DNA from: an uncultured Actinomycetota bacterium
GTDB taxonomy: Bacteria; Actinomycetota; Actinomycetes; Mycobacteriales; Micromonosporaceae
Assembly (NCBI GenBank): GCA_963836785.1
Contig: CAWIKW010000019.1
Coordinates: 9,961 to 73,960 of the forward strand
DNA: 64,000 nucleotides
Direction of reading: 5' to 3'
A program made the position numbers and the translations under genes. The notes beneath the pieces are model-generated. The model was not told where the DNA came from. It saw only the letters and a program-made list of their open reading frames with translations, and did not search any database. Of the stretch, positions 17,467 to 25,508 are shown piece after piece. Each line of letters begins with the position of its first letter. The stretch's first letter is position 1.

Positions 17467-19392
17467 ATGACTGAGTCACTGCTTGATGATCGCTACCGCT
17501 TGATCGCTCCGCTGGCCGAAGGCGGCATGTCCGTCGTGTGGCACGGCCACGACGAGGTCCTGGCCAGGTCCGTCGCGGTCAAGGTGATCAAGACCGAGGC
17601 GGGTCCGAGCACAAAGTTCGCCCAACGGGTACGGCGGGAAGCCACGGCGCTCGCCCGGCTGAGCCATCGGCACATCGCCAACGTGTACGACTACGGCGAG
17701 AGTGACCTGAACGGCGTGCGGGCGCCGTACCTGGTCATGGAGCTGGTCGACGGCGAGAGCCTCGGTGCGATGCTCCGGCGTGGCCCGATCACCTGGCCGA
17801 CCGCGGTCGGGATCGCGGCCCAGGTCGCCGGCGCGCTGGCGGCCGCGCACGCCGCCGGCGTCGTGCACTGCGACGTGACCCCGGGCAACGTGATGTTGTG
17901 CGCCGACGGTGTGAAGATCATCGACTTCGGCATCGCGTCCACCGCCGGCGACGTCGCCGAAGGCGTCGTGTTCGGCACGCCGGCCTACCTCGCCCCGGAA
18001 CGTCGCAACGGCGGCCGGGCGATCCCGGCCAGCGACGTCTACGGCATCGGCCTGCTCCTCTACGAGATGCTGGCTGGCCGGCTGCCGTGGCCGGACGGCA
18101 CGGCGACTGAGGTGGTCGCGGCCCACCGGACGATCCCGCCGGCTCCGCTGCCCGACGTGCCCGGACTGCCCGATCATGTGGCCGCGCTCTGCGCCGCCTG
18201 CCTCGACGTCGACCCGGCCCGGCGCCCGATGAGTCGCGAGCTGTGGCTGTGTCTGAGCGGCGTCGTTCGCGCGGCCGACCCACGTTCTCGCCGGATACTG
18301 AGCGAGGTCACGGCCAAGATCGGGTCCCCTGCGACCGCCCGGTCGCCGATAGCCGCGGCAGCGCTGCCCGGCTCCGCGGGCGCGTTGGCACCGGCCGTCG
18401 CTTTCGCATCAGGGCCTCCGATGGGTTCCGGAATACCGATCGGATCCGGAGCGCCGATGGGTTCTGGGGCGCCGATCGGATCCCGTACGCCGATCGGATC
18501 CGGTAGGCCGGTCGGCATCACGATGGCGCCCCCGGTCGACCCCGGCGCCTGGGCGACGGATATCGCTCTGAGCCCGAAGGCCGCCAAACCTCCCGCCCTC
18601 GGTTCGGCCCAGGCCGGTCGATCGCGCAGCGGCACGCGGATCATGCCGCACGGGGTGACTGCGTTGCCCGATCCGGGCCGGGCGACGGAGCCGATCGACG
18701 AACCGCCACGGTCCTGGCGGCGTCGATCACGCCGGCCGTTCTTCGCGCTGCCGTCCCTGTTGCTGCTCGTGCTCGTCGTCTGCCTCGGCCTCAGCAAACT
18801 GGGGGCGAGCGACGGCGCGGCCGCCGGACCGGTACCGAACATCCAGCCGGCGCGACCGGGCGTCATCCCGGCGCCGCCCTCGGCGACCCCGTCCACCACG
18901 CCGTCGAAAGGCCCGACCTCCGCGAGTAACGGCGCCGGCCACAGCGGCCACCACAAGGGGAGCGGCCACGACGAGGGCGCCGGCCACGGCAACGGTGGCG
19001 GCAAGAACGCTGGCAAGCACACCGGCAAGCACGCTGACAACGGCACGGTCGCCGCGCCCGAGGCCGCCGCACTGGCCTGCAACGTCGACTACCGGATCGT
19101 GACGCAATGGCCGGTCGGCTTCAGCGCCCAGATGAGCGTTACGAACGCCGGGCCGGCCGAGATCTCGGGCTGGACGCTGCAGTTCCAGCTCACCGACGGT
19201 GAGCGGGTCGGCGGCGGATGGAACGGCGAATGGGAGCAGCACGGCACCGAGGTGTCCGTACGGAATGCCGGGTTCAACGACGCGGTGCCACCCGGTGGCG
19301 CGGTCACGCTCGGTTTCATCGGCGTGCTGACCAGCGGCGACGCTCTCGAGCCACCCGATTTCACCCTCAACGGCACCTCTTGCGACGCCTGA
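17467..19392 (+). CDS. Membrane Ser/Thr protein kinase with an extracytoplasmic CBM2 carbohydrate-binding module
   Basis: 641 aa. Kinase motifs are AEGGMSVVW, VAVKVIK, HCDVTPGN, DFGIAS and AYLAPE. A TM segment FFALPSLLLLVLVVCLGLS follows, then a Pro/Ser/Thr linker and a His/Gly/Lys-rich stretch. The C-terminal ~104 aa (ACNVDYRIVTQWPVGFSAQMSVTN...WTLQF...LNGTSC) matches the CBM2 pattern. Confidence 0.85.
   Translation: MTESLLDDRYRLIAPLAEGGMSVVWHGHDEVLARSVAVKVIKTEAGPSTKFAQRVRREATALARLSHRHIANVYDYGESDLNGVRAPYLVMELVDGESLGAMLRRGPITWPTAVGIAAQVAGALAAAHAAGVVHCDVTPGNVMLCADGVKIIDFGIASTAGDVAEGVVFGTPAYLAPERRNGGRAIPASDVYGIGLLLYEMLAGRLPWPDGTATEVVAAHRTIPPAPLPDVPGLPDHVAALCAACLDVDPARRPMSRELWLCLSGVVRAADPRSRRILSEVTAKIGSPATARSPIAAAALPGSAGALAPAVAFASGPPMGSGIPIGSGAPMGSGAPIGSRTPIGSGRPVGITMAPPVDPGAWATDIALSPKAAKPPALGSAQAGRSRSGTRIMPHGVTALPDPGRATEPIDEPPRSWRRRSRRPFFALPSLLLLVLVVCLGLSKLGASDGAAAGPVPNIQPARPGVIPAPPSATPSTTPSKGPTSASNGAGHSGHHKGSGHDEGAGHGNGGGKNAGKHTGKHADNGTVAAPEAAALACNVDYRIVTQWPVGFSAQMSVTNAGPAEISGWTLQFQLTDGERVGGGWNGEWEQHGTEVSVRNAGFNDAVPPGGAVTLGFIGVLTSGDALEPPDFTLNGTSCDA
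18418..18519 (+). repeat. About 5.7 tandem copies of an 18-nt unit encoding P-(M/I)-G-S-G-x, inside the kinase linker
   Basis: Consecutive units are ccgatgggttccggaata, ccgatcggatccggagcg, ccgatgggttctggggcg, ccgatcggatcccgtacg, ccgatcggatccggtagg and ccggtcggcatc. Confidence 0.9.
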
Positions 19393-19503
19393 CCTCTCTG
19401 GTTTGACAGCGCGAGGCTGACGGTCGGCGGGCCGCCTTACGGATCGCGGAACATCATTGCCCGCCGTCGGTCGGTGTGCCGATCCCGGCCGTACGCTCGT
19501 GTT

Positions 19504-20244
19504 GTGGGCCAACGCATTCTCGTCGTGGACGACGACCCGACCGTGAGCGATGTCGTCCGCCGCTATCTCGAGCGAGCGGGTTACGACGTCGTCCTCGCGG
19601 CCGACGGACCGGCCGCCCTCGGGGCGTACGCCCGCGAGGAGCCCGATCTCGTCGTGCTCGATCTGATGCTGCCCGGCATGGACGGCCTGGAAGTCTGCCG
19701 GCGGCTGCGGGACAGCTCGACCGAGGTTCCGATCGTCATGCTGACCGCGCTCGGCGAGGAATCCGACCGGGTGCTCGGCCTGCAACTCGGGGCCGACGAC
19801 TATGTGACGAAGCCGTTCTCACCGCGCGAACTCGTGCTGCGCGTGCAGTCGGTGCTGCGCCGGTCGGGCGCCCCGGGCAGCGCCGACACGAAGACGGCCG
19901 GACAGGTGCTGACGGACGGTGACCTGACGATCGACACGGCACGCCGGGTCGCGATGCGCGGCGGCGCCGAGTTGGCTCTGACCGTACGAGAGTTCGATCT
20001 TCTCGCCTACCTGATGTCGCACCCGGGCCGAGCGTTCCGGCGGTCCGAGTTGCTGGAGGCGGTCTGGGGTTGGACGTTCGGCGATCAGTCGACGGTGACC
20101 GTGCACGTGCGGCGGCTGCGCGAGAAGATCGAGAACGATCCGGCCAACCCGACCCGCATCGTGACGGTGTGGGGCGTCGGATATCGCTTCGAGTCGGCCG
20201 GCCGGTCCGCCGGCCTGGCTACCAACGAGGGCTCCCGTGCGTGA
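19504..20244 (+). CDS. OmpR-family response regulator
   Basis: In-frame GTG 19504 (VGQRILVVDDDP). Receiver domain with DLVVLDLMLPGMDG and a winged-helix output with IVTVWGVGYRF. Confidence 0.9.
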   Translation: MGQRILVVDDDPTVSDVVRRYLERAGYDVVLAADGPAALGAYAREEPDLVVLDLMLPGMDGLEVCRRLRDSSTEVPIVMLTALGEESDRVLGLQLGADDYVTKPFSPRELVLRVQSVLRRSGAPGSADTKTAGQVLTDGDLTIDTARRVAMRGGAELALTVREFDLLAYLMSHPGRAFRRSELLEAVWGWTFGDQSTVTVHVRRLREKIENDPANPTRIVTVWGVGYRFESAGRSAGLATNEGSRA

Positions 20245-21259
20245 CCTGGTCGGCCTCGTGCTGGCCGCCCTGGCCGGCGTGTTGATCGTCGCGATCCCCG
20301 GCGCCGTCGCCCACTACTACCTCCGCGGTCGTTCCATCACCGCCCACATCGTGCTGATGCTCGCCGTAACCGTGCTGGCCGCGGTGGCCGGCGTCATCGC
20401 GGTCGCCCGCGGGATGTTCATCTCCGACCACGACCTGCGCGTTCTCCTCGTGGTGCTCGGGATCGCCGGCATTTTCAGTCTCGCCATGGGGCTGTGGCTC
20501 GGTCGCCGGCTCGGCCGCGACGCGATGTGGGCCGACGAGGTACGGGATCGCGAGCGCAGTGTGGAAGCGAGCCGGCGCGAGCTCGTGGCGTGGGTGTCCC
20601 ACGATCTGCGTACGCCGCTGGCCGGCATGCGCGCGATGGCTGAGGCCCTCGAGGACGGCGTGGTGACCGACGAGGCGACGGTCGCCGACTATCACCGGCG
20701 CATCCGCATGGAGACCGACCGGATGACCCAGCTCGTCGACGACCTGTTCGAGCTGTCGCGCATCAATGCCGGTGCGCTGCGGTTGTCGCTCGGCAACGTA
20801 CCGCTGGGTGATGTGGTGTCCGACGCCGTGGCGTCGGCCGAACCGATCGCCACCGCGAAGCGGATCCAACTGCAGGCCGAGCGGGGGGAGTGGCCGGTCG
20901 TCCAGGGCAGCGAGCGGGAGATCGCGCGCATCGTGGCCAATCTGCTGCGCAACGCGATCCGCTACACGCCGGCCGACGGATCGATCACGGTCAGCGGCGG
21001 GCGGGACGAAGAGGGCGGCTGGCTCGCGGTCACCGACGCATGCGGTGGGATCCCCGAATCCGACCTGCCGCGTGTGTTCGACGTCGCATTCCGGGGCGAG
21101 GCCGCCCGTACCCCTCGCACCGGCCATGACCACGATGGCGGTGGCGGCGGGCTCGGCCTTGCCATCGTCCGTGGTCTGGTCGAGGCGCATCGCGGCGAAG
21201 TCGCGGTCACCAACGTCGGCGATGGCTGCCGATTCATGGTGCGGCTCCCCGCGATCTGA
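20237..21259 (+). CDS. Sensor histidine kinase
   Basis: 340 aa. Two N-terminal TM segments, H-box SHDLRTPLAGM, N-box NLLRNAIRYTP and G-box GGGGGLGLAIV. Overlaps the regulator gene by 8 nt. Confidence 0.9.
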   Translation: MRDLVGLVLAALAGVLIVAIPGAVAHYYLRGRSITAHIVLMLAVTVLAAVAGVIAVARGMFISDHDLRVLLVVLGIAGIFSLAMGLWLGRRLGRDAMWADEVRDRERSVEASRRELVAWVSHDLRTPLAGMRAMAEALEDGVVTDEATVADYHRRIRMETDRMTQLVDDLFELSRINAGALRLSLGNVPLGDVVSDAVASAEPIATAKRIQLQAERGEWPVVQGSEREIARIVANLLRNAIRYTPADGSITVSGGRDEEGGWLAVTDACGGIPESDLPRVFDVAFRGEAARTPRTGHDHDGGGGGLGLAIVRGLVEAHRGEVAVTNVGDGCRFMVRLPAI

Positions 21260-21294
21260 GCACGCGTCGTGGCCGGCGTAGGCCGCGGTGCTTG

Positions 21295-22104
21295 CTACGG
21301 CAGGTCGAACGGCAGCTTGAGACCGTCCAGCGCGTGGCCACAGGCGCACGGTCTGGCGTCGGCGGCCGGCAGCCGCGTTACGGCGTCGAGCAGGATCTCG
21401 CGGACCCGGTCGGTGTTCTCGGCGAAGACGCGGAATACCTCCTCGTGTGTGACGCCGTGGTCGCCGTCCACGCCGGCGTCGAGATCGGTGACGAGCGCGA
21501 TCGCGGCGTAACAGAGGCCCAGCTCGCGTGCGAGAACCGCCTCCGGATGACCGGTCATGTTGACCACGGCGCCGCCGATCGAGGCATACCAGCGGGATTC
21601 GGCGCGGGTGGAGAAGCGCGGGCCCTCGATCACCACCATCGCACCGCCGTCGGTCGCAGTGATGCCGTGCCGTTCGGTCGCGTCGAGCGCGGCCACCCGA
21701 CCGGTCGGGCAGTACGGATCGGCGAAGTTCACGTGCACGGCGCCCTGGTCGTAATACGTCTGCACGCGGGCGGTAGTGCGGTCGATCAATTGGTCGGGCA
21801 CGACGAACGATCCCGGCCCGAGGTCCGGCCGGAGGCCACCGACCGCGCACGGCGCGAGAATCTGGCGTACGCCGATGCTGCGGAGCGCCCACAGATTCGC
21901 GCGGTACGGGATTCGGTGGGGCGGGAAACGGTGATCCTTACCGTGACGCGGCAGGAATGCAACCGACCGTCCGGCCACGTCCGCCACCGTGATCGGGTCG
22001 GACGGCTCGCCGTACGGCGTGTCGACCGGATGCTCCACGGCGCCGGTCAGTAAGGCATAAAGGCCCGACCCGCCAATGACGGCGACATCAGCGATATGGC
22101 TCAC
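21295..22104 (-). CDS. mtnP: S-methyl-5'-thioadenosine phosphorylase
   Basis: 269 aa with VIGGSGLY, FLPRHGKDHRFPPHRIPYRANLWALR and VNMTGHPEAVLARELGLCYAAIALVTD. Confidence 0.9.
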   Translation of the reverse strand: MSHIADVAVIGGSGLYALLTGAVEHPVDTPYGEPSDPITVADVAGRSVAFLPRHGKDHRFPPHRIPYRANLWALRSIGVRQILAPCAVGGLRPDLGPGSFVVPDQLIDRTTARVQTYYDQGAVHVNFADPYCPTGRVAALDATERHGITATDGGAMVVIEGPRFSTRAESRWYASIGGAVVNMTGHPEAVLARELGLCYAAIALVTDLDAGVDGDHGVTHEEVFRVFAENTDRVREILLDAVTRLPAADARPCACGHALDGLKLPFDLP

Positions 22105-22149
22105 GTACAGACCTTATCGGGGGCCACATTGGCAAGATATCGTGCGTGC

Positions 22150-22497
22150 ATGGCGCTGCATGTCGGGATGGTCACCATCGACTCGGTGGATCCCCGGAGC
22201 CTGGCCGATTTCTGGACCGTGGCACTGGACATGAAAGTCGTCGCCGATCACGGCGGTGAGTACCTGATGTTGAAGGGGGCCGGGGATCTTATTGTCGGCT
22301 TGCAGCGCGTGTCCGTACCAACGGCCGGCAAGAATCGCGTCCACCTCGATTTGTCCACCAAGGACCGGGCGGCCGAAGTCGCACGGCTGCGCGGGATCGG
22401 CGCCGATGTCGTCGACGAACACCAGGTCCCCGGGTTCGCCTGGACCGTGCTCTCCGACCCCGATGGCAATGTGTTCTGCGTGGGAGCGGAGGAGTAG
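22150..22497 (+). CDS. VOC/glyoxalase-like domain protein
   Basis: In-frame ATG 22150. FWTVALDM...GKNRVHLDL...TVLSDPDGNVFCV. It is a paralogue of the gene at 49377..49805. Confidence 0.75.
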   Translation: MALHVGMVTIDSVDPRSLADFWTVALDMKVVADHGGEYLMLKGAGDLIVGLQRVSVPTAGKNRVHLDLSTKDRAAEVARLRGIGADVVDEHQVPGFAWTVLSDPDGNVFCVGAEE

Positions 22498-22503
22498 CAG
22501 GTC

Positions 22504-23100
22504 ATGGCGGCGGTCGGCGAGTCGGGGCGGATCGGGGGGATGAGAATGGAATCCCTCGCCGGACGTCTTCTGGTGGCGACCCCTGCGCTCAAGGATCCGA
22601 ATTTCGAGCGGACCGTGGTGATGCTCGTCGCGCACGAACCGGGCGGCACGCTCGGCGTCGTCCTGAACCGCGCCACCGAAGTGACCGTCGCCGAGGTGCT
22701 CGACGGCTGGGGCGGCCTGGCCGGCGACCCGTCGGTCGTTTTCGAGGGTGGCCCGATGCAGCCGGAATCGGCGATCTGCCTCGCCCGTACTCGCTTGGCG
22801 ACCGGCCGCGTGGCCGGCTTCAACCGGGTGTCCGGCGCGGTCGGCACGCTGGATCTGTCGCAGGATCCGCAGACGATCAAAGACAAGATCTTGGGGGTAC
22901 GGGTCTTTGCCGGCTACGCCGGCTGGGAGGATGGGCAGCTCGAGCGCGAGATCGAGAGCGGCTCATGGTTCGTGTTCGACGCATTGCCCGGCGATCCGTT
23001 CGTCGCCCGGCCCGACGATCTGTGGCCCATGGTGCTGCGCCGTCAGGGTGGGCTGATGGCCGCGGTCGCGATCTTCCCGCCCGACCCGACGATGAACTGA
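22504..23100 (+). CDS. YqgE/AlgH-family protein
   Basis: 198 aa. LLVATPALKDPNFERTVVMLVAHEPGGTLGVVLNR and VFAGYAGWEDGQLEREIESGSWF. GGAGGAG lies 10 nt upstream of ATG 22504. Internal ATGs at 22540 and 22546 are alternative starts. Confidence 0.85.
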   Translation: MAAVGESGRIGGMRMESLAGRLLVATPALKDPNFERTVVMLVAHEPGGTLGVVLNRATEVTVAEVLDGWGGLAGDPSVVFEGGPMQPESAICLARTRLATGRVAGFNRVSGAVGTLDLSQDPQTIKDKILGVRVFAGYAGWEDGQLEREIESGSWFVFDALPGDPFVARPDDLWPMVLRRQGGLMAAVAIFPPDPTMN

Positions 23101-23248
23101 TCTTCCGCTCTTCCGCCTCCGCGCGGTCCGCGCCGGCAGCTCCCGTTGGCGCATCTTCCGCGCTCGCGGCGCTCGCCGTCCGGCGGTCCGAAGTGACGGC
23201 GCTGAGGCGGCTGTGTACTATTGCGCAGTGCCCGGCCACCGGGCATTT

Positions 23249-23321
23249 GGGGCCGTGGCGCAGCTGGTAGCGCACCACACTGGCAGTGTGGGGGTCAGGG
23301 GTTCGAGTCCCCTCGGCTCCA
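23249..23321 (+). tRNA. tRNA-Ala (anticodon GGC)
   Basis: Cloverleaf folded by eye. The acceptor GGGGCCG/CGGCTCC has a G3:U70 pair. The D-arm is GCGCAGCTGGTAGCGC. The anticodon stem CCACA/TGTGG carries loop CTGGCAG. The T-arm is GGGGTTCGAGTCCCC. CCA is not encoded. Confidence 0.9.
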
Positions 23322-23356
23322 CCCGAAGTTTCAGCAGGTGAGCGGCCTAGTCAAGA

Positions 23357-23539
23357 TCAACGGCTGGGCCGTTTTCCATGTCTTGACCGGTACCGAATTT
23401 CACCGCGCTTCACATCGGTCTGGATCAAACGCTGATCACGCTTGCCATTCGGCTTAGGTCCGACGTCGATCGCAAACCGGTACCGCACCGAGCCGTCCTT
23501 ATGCACGACCTTCTTGATCAGATCAACACGAGTCGGCAT
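23357..23539 (-). pseudogene. Truncated tyrosine-recombinase (integrase) gene; only the N-terminal arm-binding segment is present
   Basis: MPTRVDLIKKVVHKDGSVRYRFAIDVGPKPNGKRDQR resembles the N-termini of actinobacterial phage/ICE integrases. The ORF stops after 60 aa, 36 nt from the tRNA-Ala 3' end. Its ATG overlaps the stop of the upstream XRE gene (ATGA). Confidence 0.6.
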
Positions 23540-24240
23540 CAGTGGGCCGCCTCTTCGTTGTTCGGTGACCGGTCAATGAGCGGGGCGAGGTCTGGCCGCA
23601 GCGCCGGCGGCTCGACACCACGCTTACGCAGGCCGCCGCGAAGATTGCGCCAAAGATCTTCCGCGTCCCGAAGACGAATCCGGGCGGCGTCCGCGCGCTG
23701 CTCATACTCGCGTCGGTCCTGATCCGTCGTCGCACTCCCTGCGGCCGCGACGAACGCCCTTACATCGCTCTGCAACTTCATGTGCTCGCGCCGATAGTCG
23801 TCGTCCTGCATAAACGCTGACAACGTCTGTGCAGCGTTCGACCAGATGTCGGTCAGACCGTCGTAGTCGTCGGGCTGTGGGTGATCGGGGGTTTGACGCT
23901 CCGGGTACGACCGTCGACCCGTGAACCATTTCGCCGCGTCCCAGGTGTCGGCTATCTGCGCGGGGAGCGCCTCGAACTCGGCGACGTCACCCACCGGATA
24001 GATCAACAGGATCGGCGGCACGCGTAGCGCCCTGGCCAGGGCGATGACCTCGGCCACGGTCACGGTCTGCCGATGCCCTTTCTCGAGCTTCGCGACCACG
24101 GATCGGTCAAGCGGGTGTCCCAGGTCGGTGCATCGATCCGCGAGGGCCTGTGCGGTCATCTTCTGCGCCGCTCTGTATTGAGCGACGCGCTGGCCTATCC
24201 CGTGGGCAAGTCGCGACGACCATCCGGTGTCTTGTTCCAC
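23539..24240 (-). CDS. XRE-family HTH protein with an uncharacterised C-terminal domain (mobile-element regulator-like)
   Basis: 233 aa. The N-terminal RVAQYRAAQKMTAQALADRCTDLGHPLDRSVVAKLEKGHRQTVTVAEVIALARAL is an XRE HTH. Translationally coupled to the integrase remnant. Confidence 0.7.
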   Translation of the reverse strand: MEQDTGWSSRLAHGIGQRVAQYRAAQKMTAQALADRCTDLGHPLDRSVVAKLEKGHRQTVTVAEVIALARALRVPPILLIYPVGDVAEFEALPAQIADTWDAAKWFTGRRSYPERQTPDHPQPDDYDGLTDIWSNAAQTLSAFMQDDDYRREHMKLQSDVRAFVAAAGSATTDQDRREYEQRADAARIRLRDAEDLWRNLRGGLRKRGVEPPALRPDLAPLIDRSPNNEEAAH

Positions 24241-24318
24241 AGCGGAACAGTAACCCGCCGCCGTTTCACGGCGGAGCGATCTTGTCCCATCTCGTCCACC
24301 ATCAGCCGGTACTTGGGA

Positions 24319-24432
24319 TCACGTCTTGATCTTGTTGCGGGCATCCCCAAACAGAGCATCCAGCGCGGCAGCGATGGCGTGATCCCGATCCCGCGCCGCG
24401 TGCTGGTAGATCATTGCCGCCCGGTCTGGGTG
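24319..24432 (-). pseudogene. C-terminal remnant (37 codons) of a second tyrosine recombinase
   Basis: Manual translation gives HPDRAAMIYQHAARDRDHAIAAALDALFGDARNKIKT followed by a stop. This matches the ...AA(L/M)IYQHA..DRD..IA..L tail carrying the catalytic Tyr. An in-frame stop lies immediately upstream. Confidence 0.55.
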
Positions 24433-24628
24433 CTATCGCCAACGAGTCCCGACGGATCGTGCAGAGGCCGTTGAGGCTTGCGGCTCGCGTAGATGTGGTG
24501 GGAGGTCGCGGCTACCAGCAGTGAGGATGCTGGTCGTGGCGGAGCGGCGCCGAGTGGGCCCATGGTTGCGCAATGACGTCGACGACGGGCGGGCGCTGGC
24601 CATGCCCGCCACCGAAAGGAAAAGCTCT

Positions 24629-25462
24629 GTGCCCAAAGTGACCGTCGGCCGGGAGAACTCCGCCGACATCGAGATCCACTATGAGGACCATGGCGCCGGC
24701 CAGCCCGTCGTGCTGATCCATGGGTACCCGCTCAGCGGCCGCGCCTGGGACAAGCAGGTCCCGGCCCTGCTCGACGCGGGGTACCGGGTCATCACGTACG
24801 ACCGCCGCGGGTTCGGCCAGTCCAGCCAGCCCTCCATCGGCTACGACTACGACACCTTCGCCGCCGATCTCAACACCCTGCTGGAGCACCTCAACCTGCG
24901 CGAGGCGGTCCTTGTGGGGCACTCGATGGGCACTGGCGAGGTCACCCGCTACCTGGGCACGTATGGGTCGGCGCGGGTGGCCAAGGGCGTGCTGGTCTCA
25001 CCGATCCCCCCGTTCTTGCTGCAGACGCCCGACAACCTGGACGGGGTGCCGCAAAGCCTCTTCGACGGTTTCGTGCAGGCGGCCCAGGCCGACACCCCGG
25101 CCTGGATGAAGGGCTTCCTGGACAATTTCTACAACGCCGACACGCTGCGCGGCACCCTGGTGAGCGACCAAGCGTGGCAGGCCAGCTGGAACCTCGCCGT
25201 CACCGCGTCGGCCACGGCCGCGGTGGCGTGCATCCCGACCTGGGCGACCGACTTCCGCGCCGACCTGAGCAAGATCGACGTGCCCGTGCTCGTACTGCAT
25301 GGCGACGCGGACCAGGTGCTGCCCCTGGACAAGACCGGCGAGCGGCTGCCGGGTCTGATCAAGGACGTGAAGCTCGCGGTGATCGAAGGCGGTCCGCACG
25401 CCATCCCGTGGACCCACGCCGACCAGGTGAACAGCGCGCTGCTGGGCTTCCTGCGCAACTGA
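24629..25462 (+). CDS. Alpha/beta-hydrolase of the non-haem haloperoxidase / perhydrolase type
   Basis: VTVGRENSADIEIHYEDHGAGQPVVLIHGYPLSG...YDRRGFGQSSQP...VGHSMGTGEV...LHGDADQVLP resembles Streptomyces bromoperoxidase A2. GTG 24629 lies 8 nt after AAGGA. ATG 24602 is an alternative start. Confidence 0.85.
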   Translation: MPKVTVGRENSADIEIHYEDHGAGQPVVLIHGYPLSGRAWDKQVPALLDAGYRVITYDRRGFGQSSQPSIGYDYDTFAADLNTLLEHLNLREAVLVGHSMGTGEVTRYLGTYGSARVAKGVLVSPIPPFLLQTPDNLDGVPQSLFDGFVQAAQADTPAWMKGFLDNFYNADTLRGTLVSDQAWQASWNLAVTASATAAVACIPTWATDFRADLSKIDVPVLVLHGDADQVLPLDKTGERLPGLIKDVKLAVIEGGPHAIPWTHADQVNSALLGFLRN

Positions 25463-25508
25463 CACCCGACCGCAACGCCACCCAGGCAAATACACCGAGG
25501 GAGTGCCC

